This document shows, in pieces, positions 9,125 to 17,671 of a DNA stretch of 64,000 bases. The first letter of the stretch is position 1, and every line of letters begins with the position of its first letter. The notes under the pieces were generated by a model. The model worked only from the letters and a program-made list of their open reading frames with translations, did no database searches and had not been told where the DNA came from. The translations under genes were made by a program, and so were the position numbers. This stretch comes from Escherichia phage warpig. The DNA is taken from sequence record MN850637.1; one strand, given 5' to 3'.

Positions 9125-10234
9125 ATGACTACTAAAACTAAAGCACAGATTGACGCAGAAATTTACGAACTGGTTAAAGAAGGTAAGCTGACTAAAACAG
9201 CTATTGCACAGAAGTTCAATACTTCAACCCGTTCAGTTGGTCGTGCTGTAGAGCGTCATGAAGCAACCTTAAAAGGTAAGAAAAAGGTAGCTTCTAAACC
9301 AGCTACGAAGACTTTGAAGCAAGTTGCTAAATCAGTTAAAAAGAAAGCTGACAAACCAGTTGAAAAGGTTGTTAAAGAGCCTGTACAGAAAGCTCCGGTA
9401 AATAAACTGCATGAAGCTATGCAGAATGGCAACCAGATTGAGTACATGATTACTGGCGACTCTGTTATCATGACTTTCGGTGCAGATTCTGAAATCGTTG
9501 AATCTACCCATCCGAACTACAAAGAAATCGTGATGGCTGTTGTATCCGGTGAGTATAAGAAAGCTTTCGAACTGATGAACATTCGTAAGTCTATCGAAAA
9601 CTTCACTCAGGGTACTATCACCATCAAAGGTGACAAGTTATTCTACGGTGCTGTTGAGATGCGTTCTACTCTGGTTGACCGTATTCTTCACATGATGAAG
9701 ACTGGAGATAAGGGTTTTGAACGCCTTGTGATGTTCTTCGAAAAACTGATGGAAAACCCATCTAAAGACTCTGTAGAACAACTTTGGGGATTCGTATCTC
9801 ACCTTGATGTTGAAATTGATGAAGAAGGCTACATCATTGGTTGGAAGAAAGTCTCTACTCATGAAGGCAAGCTGGTTGACTCCCACACCTACAGAGTACC
9901 TAATGATTTGGGTAACATTGTAGAAATGCCACGTTGGATGGTTGATAATAACCGTAACGTGACTTGCTCTCAGGGTCTTCACGTTGGTGCTTGGGATTAT
10001 GTTCGTTGCTTCTCAGGTGATACAATCCTGAAGGTTCGTGTCCATCCACGAGATGTTGTATCTGTTCCAACTGATTACAACGATATGAAGATGCGTTCGT
10101 CTCGTTATGAAGTTGCAGCAATCGTTGATAATCAACGTAAAGTGCTGAAAGAATGGGATGGCAAGACTGAAGCTTTGCATGTCATCGTTGGCACTGCTGG
10201 TGAACTAATCTCCCAACGTAAACGTGAAATCTAA
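9125..10234 (+). CDS. rIIB: rIIB-like protein
   Basis: 369 aa; central/C-terminal blocks (LFYGAVEMRSTLVDRIL, KVRVHPRDVVSVPTDYNDMKMR) match my recollection of T4 rIIB. Confidence 0.7.
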   Translation: MTTKTKAQIDAEIYELVKEGKLTKTAIAQKFNTSTRSVGRAVERHEATLKGKKKVASKPATKTLKQVAKSVKKKADKPVEKVVKEPVQKAPVNKLHEAMQNGNQIEYMITGDSVIMTFGADSEIVESTHPNYKEIVMAVVSGEYKKAFELMNIRKSIENFTQGTITIKGDKLFYGAVEMRSTLVDRILHMMKTGDKGFERLVMFFEKLMENPSKDSVEQLWGFVSHLDVEIDEEGYIIGWKKVSTHEGKLVDSHTYRVPNDLGNIVEMPRWMVDNNRNVTCSQGLHVGAWDYVRCFSGDTILKVRVHPRDVVSVPTDYNDMKMRSSRYEVAAIVDNQRKVLKEWDGKTEALHVIVGTAGELISQRKREI

Positions 10235-10250
10235 TAAGTAATTTCTTAAA

Positions 10251-10276
10251 AGGCTGCTTCGGCGGCCTTTTTTATT
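10251..10276 (+). terminator. Rho-independent terminator
   Basis: AGGCTGC-TTCG-GCGGCCT stem followed by TTTTTTATTT. Confidence 0.6.
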
Positions 10277-10334
10277 TGTATTTTGTGCAGAGTGCTGTAT
10301 AATTGTTGTCACGATAAACTAAACAGGAGAACCA

Positions 10335-10883
10335 ATGAAGAAATTGATTCTAGGTTTGTGCTTAATGTTTACAGCACACTTATCTTATGCAGTTGACTGC
10401 CCAGAGCTATCAATTAGCCAAAAAGTAAACATGTTAAAAGCTTACCAGTATGGTGAGAATAACATGGGTAAAGGTTGGGGTATCACTCTAGCTGCTATAG
10501 CCTTACAAGAGTCAGAGTTAGGTCTGAAGGTAGAGAATAAAAAGACACATGATTATGGTATCTTCCAGAATCACTTGAAGACTGTTGTAAAGCGTAACAA
10601 AATTAGTCCTAATGTGGCTAAAAAGAAACTCTTAAAAGACTTTGACTATGCTGCGAAGGAAACTCACAAAGAGCTTGAGTTTTGGACAAAGGTGCATGGT
10701 CAGCCAAAGTCAAAGAAGACTTTACAAAAAGTTTTAGCATCATATAATGCTGGGTATTCGTACAAAATCCCTAAAGCTAAGAAATATTCTCAAGATGTCT
10801 ATAACAACATGAAAGTCATTGCTCAATGTGAATTTGCAATAAACATTTCTAAGGTAAACCATGAAAAAATTAAAAAAGTCTGA
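10335..10883 (+). CDS. secreted lytic-transglycosylase (SLT)-domain protein
   Basis: 182 aa; signal peptide MKKLILGLCLMFTAHLSYA; SLT-like catalytic region AIALQESELG...DYGIFQ. Confidence 0.45.
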   Translation: MKKLILGLCLMFTAHLSYAVDCPELSISQKVNMLKAYQYGENNMGKGWGITLAAIALQESELGLKVENKKTHDYGIFQNHLKTVVKRNKISPNVAKKKLLKDFDYAAKETHKELEFWTKVHGQPKSKKTLQKVLASYNAGYSYKIPKAKKYSQDVYNNMKVIAQCEFAINISKVNHEKIKKV

Positions 10884-11556
10884 TGAAGTACTGTGTCATG
10901 CTTACGACTTACATCCTCATGAGTTAGGTCTTGATTCCTGTGTATGGACTCCAGAACAGTGTAGGGATTTTGAAGACACTGCAAGAGAAGTTGTATGTTC
11001 ACTCGAAGAGTTCCACACATCAGAGCCAATTGTGAATGTTGTAGATAAAGAGACTGGACAAACTATAGGTGTAAGTCGTGATAGCTTAGTCATAGTCAAT
11101 AAAGACCTTGTAGAAAAAGGTAACCTCATCTTAGCAGATATTGATGGTGTTCTTACAAATTTTAATCACGAAGATTGCTCAACGGAATTGACTGATGGGT
11201 CATTCTCACAGTACACTAATCTTCTTGACTCTGTAAGAGCAAAACCAACGTATGTCTTTAGTATTATTGATGCAATTGCTAATCATGCTGCCGTTGGACT
11301 CTTGACAGCGAGAGGCGAATCTCAGAGAATACCTACTGAGATGTTTTTAAGGCATAACACAGAGCATGATTATATGCTTTTTATGCGTGGTTTTGGAACT
11401 AACTCTATAAGTGCAGAAAGTTTGAAAGTGAGAATGATTCAGTCTTGCATTCTGCCTTACTTTAATATAGTATGTTTTATAGAAGATACAGAGAAGAACG
11501 TGCAGAAGGTGAACAGAATCCTTCCACACATCAAAACCATGTTAGTTAAACATTGA
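10861..11556 (+). CDS. HAD-superfamily hydrolase-like protein (possible nucleotidase/phosphatase)
   Basis: 231 aa; DxDG[TV]L-type motif ILADIDGVLTNF. Confidence 0.4.
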   Translation: MKKLKKSDEVLCHAYDLHPHELGLDSCVWTPEQCRDFEDTAREVVCSLEEFHTSEPIVNVVDKETGQTIGVSRDSLVIVNKDLVEKGNLILADIDGVLTNFNHEDCSTELTDGSFSQYTNLLDSVRAKPTYVFSIIDAIANHAAVGLLTARGESQRIPTEMFLRHNTEHDYMLFMRGFGTNSISAESLKVRMIQSCILPYFNIVCFIEDTEKNVQKVNRILPHIKTMLVKH

Positions 11557-11566
11557 GAGAAAACTT

Positions 11567-12031
11567 ATGAACAATATCATTACGGTAGCACTGGACGTTA
11601 CGGCAAACAAATCTGAAGTAGTTCGTAACATTATCAAGAGCAACTTTGAGGGTAAAATCTTCCGTGCTGTCAATGTAAAAGCAGACGGCAACATCCGAGA
11701 GTATCGTGCTCTTTTGAATGTTAAGAAACACGTCAAAGGTTCTGGTTCAACGACTGCACACAAAGAAAACCTGATGACTATCTATGATATGGGTATGGCT
11801 TCAGAGTTAGGTGCTGAAGGTATCGTTAAAGAAGGTGCTCCGTATCGCTCTTTCAATCTGGAAACTGCTCTCATGCTTTCCTTTACAAGTGGTTCTAAAA
11901 CAACTACTTATCTCTTTACTGATGCTGCAACGGTATCTGCTATCAAGGATAACGCTATCAAAGCTGGGGTAGCTGCTGCTGCAAAAGCTTCTTCGATGGC
12001 TGCAAATGTCCTTGCTAAAGTCCTCGGTTAA
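11567..12031 (+). CDS. hypothetical protein
   Basis: 154 aa; followed by a strong terminator. Confidence 0.5.
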   Translation: MNNIITVALDVTANKSEVVRNIIKSNFEGKIFRAVNVKADGNIREYRALLNVKKHVKGSGSTTAHKENLMTIYDMGMASELGAEGIVKEGAPYRSFNLETALMLSFTSGSKTTTYLFTDAATVSAIKDNAIKAGVAAAAKASSMAANVLAKVLG

Positions 12032-12043
12032 GGTTAAGATACA

Positions 12044-12066
12044 GGCTCCTTCGGGAGCCTTTTTCA
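12044..12066 (+). terminator. Rho-independent terminator
   Basis: GGCTCC-TTCG-GGAGCC followed by TTTTTCATTT. Confidence 0.6.
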
Positions 12067-12083
12067 TTTCAGGAGATTGTTAA

Positions 12084-12431
12084 ATGACATTTAAAGAGTT
12101 CTGTCAAGCTACTTTTATAATTGTTTTCTTAGTTGGGGCAGGTGTCTGGGGAGGATACTCTTACAGAGACTATCAAGTTGCTGAAGCTGAGCTAAACAAT
12201 GAGAAACTAATAAGTGTTGCTAAAGATGCTTATCAGGAAGGTTTAGCCACACTCAGCACCAATTACAAAAATGATTTGAAAGATGTGCTTGCTAAGAATA
12301 AGCATACAAAAGAGGTACTAACATATGAAAAAACTAAGCCAGAGTTTTATAATGTTTGTGTTACTGATAACTATGTCAGGGTGTTCAACGAACAAAGTGA
12401 ACAGTACATTCAAAAACTCCCAAGTAAGTGA
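12084..12431 (+). CDS. membrane protein with N-terminal TM helix and coiled-coil (i-spanin-like candidate)
   Basis: 115 aa; TM FIIVFLVGAGVWGGYSY; a lipoprotein gene overlaps its 3' end in another frame. Confidence 0.35.
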   Translation: MTFKEFCQATFIIVFLVGAGVWGGYSYRDYQVAEAELNNEKLISVAKDAYQEGLATLSTNYKNDLKDVLAKNKHTKEVLTYEKTKPEFYNVCVTDNYVRVFNEQSEQYIQKLPSK

Positions 12432-12594
12432 GAGTGACAAGTACACTCAAGAGGAGTCAAGATTCACTGTCAAAGGCAATACCGGTAGTGATGTGGCAGC
12501 AGCCCTTGAGTTTTATCGTGATGGTTTTTACCAGTGCACAATCAAAGCTAATAACCTTATTGATATGATTTTATTAGGAAACAAACAGCAATGA
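12325..12594 (+). CDS. lipoprotein (o-spanin-like or superinfection-exclusion candidate)
   Basis: 89 aa; lipobox ITMSGC after hydrophobic signal; overlaps the previous gene by about 107 nt out of frame. Confidence 0.4.
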   Translation: MKKLSQSFIMFVLLITMSGCSTNKVNSTFKNSQVSESDKYTQEESRFTVKGNTGSDVAAALEFYRDGFYQCTIKANNLIDMILLGNKQQ

Positions 12595-12860
12595 CAGAGA
12601 ATGAAGATACTTTCTATGTAGAAGGGTACTTACTGCTACCACGACCAAAAGAAACTTATATGCGGGTTGATTTTTCACCAACCATTATGGATAACGTGAT
12701 GTGCCATATCTTTATGCAAGGTGTCACAGCACAACTTAAGCATGTTGGTAAAGAGTGCAAAATAAAGGTTGACACTCATCCAGAAATCAAAGAGAATCAC
12801 TACACATGGTTCTTACCAGACTCTAAAGAAATCTTAGCAGTTCTTAAAACGAGGAAGTAA
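12591..12860 (+). CDS. hypothetical protein
   Basis: ORF track; translational coupling. Confidence 0.4.
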   Translation: MTENEDTFYVEGYLLLPRPKETYMRVDFSPTIMDNVMCHIFMQGVTAQLKHVGKECKIKVDTHPEIKENHYTWFLPDSKEILAVLKTRK

Positions 12861-12862
12861 CT

Positions 12863-13189
12863 ATGCAGATTAATGGAAGAGACTTTGTAGCCGTTTACTA
12901 CGAGAAAGATAAAGAAGTTGGAGTAGCACAAGTATCTTATGGTAATGGTAAGTGGCTATATGGAACAATCGCAGTAGTCGGAACAAGAAGTGATACAAAA
13001 ACTTTTAAAGATTGTGTTGACCTTCTTGAAGAATCCATCCACAATCATTGGTGTCTGATATGGATGACTGACAACGAAGTGATAGAACGCTTCAAAAAGA
13101 TTGACATCAACATTGATAGCATTGAGCATGTTGATTTGTATGAGCTAACTGAGAAGGTAAACTATGAAAGTAATACTAGCCAGAGATAA
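12863..13189 (+). CDS. hypothetical protein
   Basis: ORF track. Confidence 0.4.
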   Translation: MQINGRDFVAVYYEKDKEVGVAQVSYGNGKWLYGTIAVVGTRSDTKTFKDCVDLLEESIHNHWCLIWMTDNEVIERFKKIDINIDSIEHVDLYELTEKVNYESNTSQR

Positions 13190-13391
13190 AAAGACACGGA
13201 AACTTATCAGGTCAGCAGTGTTCATTGGACGAAATGAAGTCATACCATTTACAGCAAATGATGTGATAGCTTACCGGAAGAACTTAGTATTCGCTGACTG
13301 TTTACGTGGATTCATCTCTGAACCATTGGAAGACTTTAAAAGTCGTTGTGGTAAAGGCATCATCATTCAAGAGGCAATTATTCATGGCTGA
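13164..13391 (+). CDS. hypothetical protein
   Basis: ORF track. Confidence 0.35.
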   Translation: MKVILARDKKTRKLIRSAVFIGRNEVIPFTANDVIAYRKNLVFADCLRGFISEPLEDFKSRCGKGIIIQEAIIHG

Positions 13392-13584
13392 CTTCTGCAA
13401 AGATTGTGCTATCGAAATGTTCGGACGTGATACAGGTGACTTAAAAGGTCTTATCACTGAAGATGACTTTAAGGCTGGCTATGCAATGCCAGTAATCTGT
13501 GAAGGTTGTGGATGTATCTGGGTAGACCACGAAGGACAGCGTGTAAAACCTTCAGAAGATAAAGAATCTTGGGAGAGATGCTAA
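13384..13584 (+). CDS. small Cys-rich (zinc-ribbon-like) protein
   Basis: ATG at 13384 within track ORF 13306..13584; MADFCKDC...CEGCGC. Confidence 0.35.
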   Translation: MADFCKDCAIEMFGRDTGDLKGLITEDDFKAGYAMPVICEGCGCIWVDHEGQRVKPSEDKESWERC

Positions 13585-14370
13585 ATGGGTATTGTAAAAA
13601 TCATCAATGGGGATATCTTCTCCGCATTTGATAAAGGTAAGTTTGATATTATTGGTCACGGTTGCAACTGTATGAACTTAATGGGTGCAGGTATCGCTGA
13701 CAAGATTTCTAAACTTTACCCAAAAGCATATGAGACCGATACAGAAGTTTATTTGTATGCAGGTGGCATAGGCCACAAACCCTGTGAAAATTTACTAGGT
13801 AATTTCTCTGTAGCACGTTTAAAACAAGGCCGTATAGCTAACCTTTACACTCAGCTTAAGACTGGTAAAGATGCCCGATACAGTGCTTTAGAGTCATCTT
13901 TGAAACAGCTTAACAGATACTGTGAAGTCAATCAGTTGAAGAAAGTCGGGTTACCTATGATTGGTGCAGGTATCGGTGGGCTAGACGCTCAAGCCGTCAC
14001 AGTTATCATTAATCAGGTGATGAAGAGTGTAGATGTGTATCTGTATGTCTATGAAGGAGAGATGTACCACAAGTTACGCTCAGGTTGGAAGAACTACTGT
14101 GAACCAGAATACTTTGCAGGTGTAGTAACGTTCACAGACAATACAGTTACCCTCTTCAGACGAAGAAAAGGTAAGATACATCAAAGTAACCCTCCGGTTG
14201 AAAAGATGTCTCTAAGTAACGCTCTAGTTACCCACCTGTCGAAGAGCAATCACAGGATTGCAGTAACATTTGGTAGTGATGCAGACACTTATATCTATGC
14301 AAGAACTGATGAGGGTATCGAGACAGTTTTCTCTTCGCCAGAAGTTACCTTCTTAGACGCAAAGAACTAA
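13585..14370 (+). CDS. macro-domain protein (ADP-ribose-binding/hydrolase fold) with extra C-terminal domain
   Basis: 261 aa; macro motifs GDIFSAFDKGKFDIIGHGCNCMNLMGAGIA and LPMIGAGIGGL. Confidence 0.65.
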   Translation: MGIVKIINGDIFSAFDKGKFDIIGHGCNCMNLMGAGIADKISKLYPKAYETDTEVYLYAGGIGHKPCENLLGNFSVARLKQGRIANLYTQLKTGKDARYSALESSLKQLNRYCEVNQLKKVGLPMIGAGIGGLDAQAVTVIINQVMKSVDVYLYVYEGEMYHKLRSGWKNYCEPEYFAGVVTFTDNTVTLFRRRKGKIHQSNPPVEKMSLSNALVTHLSKSNHRIAVTFGSDADTYIYARTDEGIETVFSSPEVTFLDAKN

Positions 14371-14440
14371 GAAACTCTGTAGAGTATTCACAATAAACTA
14401 AGCCTTTCTTATCTGGTAAATTTTTCAGGTAAGGAGGGCT

Positions 14441-14640
14441 TTTTCATTTCAGAATTGTGCAGGTATATTTCTATAGAGAAATCTGTAGAGGAAATTTTGA
14501 ACTCCAAAGAGAAAATTCATTTTCAAACTGTGCAGGTAATCTCCAAAGGGTTTTTTCATTTTCAAAACGTGCAGAGAAAAATCAGGTCGGGCAAGAAAAA
14601 TCATTTTAGAATTGTGCAGGTAGGTGGGTGCAGGTGGGGA
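14441..14640 (+). repeat. 4-5 degenerate direct repeats of TTTTCAtTTCAgAAtTGTGCAGGTA-like units
   Basis: Read directly: copies near 14441, 14514, 14553, 14596 and a GTGCAGGT(G)G tail. Confidence 0.5.
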
Positions 14641-14800
14641 TGTCGCCATTTCTCACAAGGCTACCACATCTGGAAATAAAAGTCAACAGAAAAATTTGTA
14701 GCGGATTGAAAAATAATTCTTGATTGTAGTTCTGTTTTGTGGTATTCGCGCGCACCCGTTTCATTACAATTTTTGCAAAAAAATATTTTTAAAATTCCTA

Positions 14801-14879
14801 TTGACTCTTTGAGTATGGTTATCTAATATTTGCATCAGACGGGCAAGCAAGCCCACTTCCTAAACTGGAGAATCTAAAA
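14801..14879 (+). promoter_or_regulatory. sigma70-like promoter TTGACT-N17-TAATAT plus conserved leader CTAAACTGGAGAATCTAAAAATG
   Basis: -35 at 14801-14806, -10 at 14824-14829; leader shared with downstream small genes. Confidence 0.5.
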
Positions 14880-15086
14880 ATGCTTTACAGTCGTGAATTG
14901 ATGGTTACAACTAACGTTAACACAAAGGTAAAACGTTTTTACATGCAAATTTGTGGCGTATGGTCTAGAATATCAGAAGCTGACTATTGCAACTATGTAG
15001 AAACGGCTATAAACTCTAATTGCTACCTTACAAGAAATACAAGAAAGTACATAAGACAGACAGCAATTTACTACTACGATAAATAA
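14880..15086 (+). CDS. small early-region protein (hypothetical)
   Basis: 68 aa; ATG preceded by conserved leader with GGAG. Confidence 0.45.
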   Translation: MLYSRELMVTTNVNTKVKRFYMQICGVWSRISEADYCNYVETAINSNCYLTRNTRKYIRQTAIYYYDK

Positions 15087-15091
15087 AGTAC

Positions 15092-15173
15092 TTTACAAGG
15101 GGCTTATAGTTCGATAGAGTAAGCCCCAGATAAAGAGCTTTGCTAACTAACCTTAAACTAGGAGAATCTGAAA
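15092..15173 (+). promoter_or_regulatory. class-1 cassette: TTTACA-N17-TAGAGT with GGGGCTTA/TAAGCCCC palindrome in spacer, then conserved leader
   Basis: palindrome 15099-15127; leader ends CTAGGAGAATCTGAAAATG. Confidence 0.4.
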
Positions 15174-15554
15174 ATGGCATATCGTGCACCTAAATTCATC
15201 AACAAAGACAACTTTCGCAACGCACTGGAGAAGTCACTTGATGAAAAATTTAACGGTAAATTGATTATTGTTCACGCATTCAATTTTAAGTATGATATTA
15301 ATGGGAATAAAATCAACCATTACACGGCAACCATGATAGATGGTACACTTTCAAGTGAAAAAGCCGTACTGAATGCACTTGCTGGACGCGGTAAAAACCT
15401 GATAAAATGTGATAAGCGACGTTATCAGGGTGGCGCATATGGTTACGATGATGCTGTTTACCATCTTGAAAACATGGGCTATCAAGTAGAAAAAGCTGGA
15501 GTATCACAAATTATCGGGAGTGATGGTTATGTGACAATTTTCAAAATTAACTAA
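15174..15554 (+). CDS. small early-region protein (hypothetical)
   Basis: 126 aa ORF behind class-1 cassette. Confidence 0.5.
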   Translation: MAYRAPKFINKDNFRNALEKSLDEKFNGKLIIVHAFNFKYDINGNKINHYTATMIDGTLSSEKAVLNALAGRGKNLIKCDKRRYQGGAYGYDDAVYHLENMGYQVEKAGVSQIIGSDGYVTIFKIN

Positions 15555-15562
15555 TAAAGTAC

Positions 15563-15643
15563 TTTACAAGGGGCTTATAGTTCGATAGAGTAAGCCCCAG
15601 ATAAAGAGCTTTACCACTAAATCCTAAATTGGAGAACTTAAAA
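15563..15643 (+). promoter_or_regulatory. class-1 cassette (near-identical copy)
   Basis: same palindrome (15570-15598) and leader. Confidence 0.4.
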
Positions 15644-15901
15644 ATGGCTATTATCAAAAACGTTGTAATTACTGCAAAGACTCGTGATGACGCTCGCGTT
15701 ATGGCTAAAAAGTTATGCGGAAAAGTGGTTGACAACGGAAAACAAACTGCTGTAAGGTGGGGCGTGAAAGCTGATAAGCAACTAACCTTAAAACATAATT
15801 CAAACAACCTTTTTAAAGGTGTAAAATCACTCGGTAAAGTGAACGTTTTTACCAAAAAAGGCTATAAAATGCACTTATCACTAACTGGCAATTTAATCTG
15901 A
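15644..15901 (+). CDS. small early-region protein (hypothetical, basic)
   Basis: ATG at 15644 after GGAGAACTTAAAA; track ORF 15629 begins at an in-frame TTG. Confidence 0.45.
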   Translation: MAIIKNVVITAKTRDDARVMAKKLCGKVVDNGKQTAVRWGVKADKQLTLKHNSNNLFKGVKSLGKVNVFTKKGYKMHLSLTGNLI

Positions 15902-15909
15902 TAAAGTAC

Positions 15910-15996
15910 TTTACAAGGGGCTTAAAAGTTGATATCTTAAGCCCCAGATAAAGAGCTTTACCACTAAATCAAGTCCTTAAACTAGGAGATTCAAAA
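15910..15996 (+). promoter_or_regulatory. class-1 cassette (variant palindrome GGGGCTTAA/TTAAGCCCC)
   Basis: palindrome 15917-15945; conserved leader. Confidence 0.4.
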
Positions 15997-16509
15997 ATGA
16001 AAACTGTAGACGCTACCTTTGAAGTTGTAAAAGAAAAATTTTCCATCGTTTATGAGGCTGTTAATTGCTATGAAGCAAGTCATAATCTTGATAATTGGAA
16101 GTTTACAGATGACCATCAAGGCGGTGTGACTGTTAAAAATCCTAACTGTCAGCGTAATGATTTTAAATATGCAATCCCTTTACATTACAGCCTTAAGCAG
16201 CTTTCAAGTGACTATGCAAAACAAGGCCGTGAGAATCCATCGAAAGAGGCTTACACGAGCTTACAGAAAGAACTAGAAAGAGATTTAGAGGCTTCAGAGT
16301 ATAACCTTGCCGCGAAAGTTGTGGATGCAAACGGTAGCACGGTTTTAGAAAGTTTTTATCTTGGTTACGCTTTCGATTGGTGCTATCGTGACGGCGATGA
16401 TTTAGATGACAGGCTAAAAGAGGAAGTGAACAACGCAGACGCAGAATCTGAAGTATTAGAACGCTTGGAAGCATTAAAAGATTCAGTGATGAATATCTTT
16501 AAGGACTAA
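15997..16509 (+). CDS. small acidic early-region protein (hypothetical)
   Basis: 170 aa; conserved leader upstream. Confidence 0.5.
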   Translation: MKTVDATFEVVKEKFSIVYEAVNCYEASHNLDNWKFTDDHQGGVTVKNPNCQRNDFKYAIPLHYSLKQLSSDYAKQGRENPSKEAYTSLQKELERDLEASEYNLAAKVVDANGSTVLESFYLGYAFDWCYRDGDDLDDRLKEEVNNADAESEVLERLEALKDSVMNIFKD

Positions 16510-16518
16510 ATAGACCTC

Positions 16519-16600
16519 TTTACACGGGGCTAACAAGCTGATATGATAGCCCCAGATAAAGAGATTTATCAAATTAACCCTTAAACTAGGAGATTCAAAA
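16519..16600 (+). promoter_or_regulatory. class-1 cassette (variant palindrome GGGGCTA/TAGCCCC)
   Basis: palindrome 16526-16553; conserved leader. Confidence 0.4.
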
Positions 16601-16897
16601 ATGAAATTATCAAATAAAGTCCGTGAAAATTTAAGCAAGTTACTCAACAAAATTGATTTTATCGAGACATCAAGGAATAGTCATGATGTTATGGAATGGT
16701 TGCACGGCAAAATAAAAGGCCGTCGCGTAGTGATTTGCTTATGGAATAGTTGCAGGGAGTATAAAAAACCTGTATTGCAAGTAAATATTTATGACGATAC
16801 TTTTAAAAGTCCAGTAAAATCTAAAAGTGACTTACTAGATTCTTATGAGATAACTGTAAATGGCAAAGTATCACGTAAAGAGGAAACACCATGTTAA
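16601..16897 (+). CDS. small early-region protein (hypothetical)
   Basis: 98 aa. Confidence 0.45.
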   Translation: MKLSNKVRENLSKLLNKIDFIETSRNSHDVMEWLHGKIKGRRVVICLWNSCREYKKPVLQVNIYDDTFKSPVKSKSDLLDSYEITVNGKVSRKEETPC

Positions 16898-17223
16898 TGA
16901 CTGGCATCACTGCAATCATTGCCATTTTCGCGCTATATAAGGCATATAAAGCCTATAATCTAGCAAATAAGGCAATCACACAGCAGGTTAGCAATAACCT
17001 TGTAGAAAGCTTTCTAGGGCGCCTCAGTGATGAGCAAATAAAGCGGCTAGAGATGAGCTTCAGATATAAAGCGAAAACCTATCAGATAAGTGACATCTTC
17101 AAAGATGATTTTCAGTTAGTCGATGATTATAATTCACTGATAAATGCTTTAAATATCAGTGATTTGAAAGACTATTACGCTGTAATTGTTCAAGAATTGA
17201 GCAAACGAAAACAAAGTGTTTGA
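16891..17223 (+). CDS. small membrane protein (hypothetical)
   Basis: 110 aa; N-terminal TM ITAIIAIFALY; overlaps upstream stop. Confidence 0.4.
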   Translation: MLMTGITAIIAIFALYKAYKAYNLANKAITQQVSNNLVESFLGRLSDEQIKRLEMSFRYKAKTYQISDIFKDDFQLVDDYNSLINALNISDLKDYYAVIVQELSKRKQSV

Positions 17224-17312
17224 CACTGGTTTTCAGATAGATTAAATTACACATCAACGGGGCGGGAATGACCTTCCCCACTAAATAAAGTCCTAAACTG
17301 GAGATTCTGAAA
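17220..17312 (+). promoter_or_regulatory. class-2 cassette: TTGACA-N17-TAAATT, 5'-UTR hairpin GGGGCGGGAATGACCTTCCCC, conserved leader
   Basis: -35 17220-17225, -10 17243-17248. Confidence 0.5.
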
Positions 17313-17585
17313 ATGTATACTACTAACAACGGTCGTACTCTAAATGTAACTTTGCGCCACTATGTGAACGGTGTAATGCACTTCGAGGATTTACAAGCCG
17401 AACAACATATCTTAGATTGGCAAGTTGCAGGACTCCAAAAAACTGCTACAGGATACGGGAAAAAGATTCCAACCAGTTGGAAAGTATACTACGAAGGCCG
17501 TTTGCGCAGAATTTATCAGGATGTGCAAAGCAATAGCGCATCGAGTTACATCATAGTAAAAGGTAAAAAGCTGAATTTAGTATAA
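17313..17585 (+). CDS. small early-region protein (hypothetical)
   Basis: 90 aa. Confidence 0.45.
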   Translation: MYTTNNGRTLNVTLRHYVNGVMHFEDLQAEQHILDWQVAGLQKTATGYGKKIPTSWKVYYEGRLRRIYQDVQSNSASSYIIVKGKKLNLV

Positions 17586-17588
17586 AGT

Positions 17589-17671
17589 ACTTTACAAGGG
17601 GCTTATAGTTCGATAAAGTAAGCCCCAGATAAAGAGCTTTACCACTAAATCCTAAATTGGAGAACTTAAAA
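17589..17671 (+). promoter_or_regulatory. class-1 cassette
   Basis: palindrome 17596-17624; conserved leader. Confidence 0.4.

Noticed and set aside
14449-14679. ORFs 14449..14649 (-) and 14455..14679 (+) in the direct-repeat region
   Set aside because: Both translate the repeat units themselves (repetitive peptide) and lack start context; the region looks regulatory.
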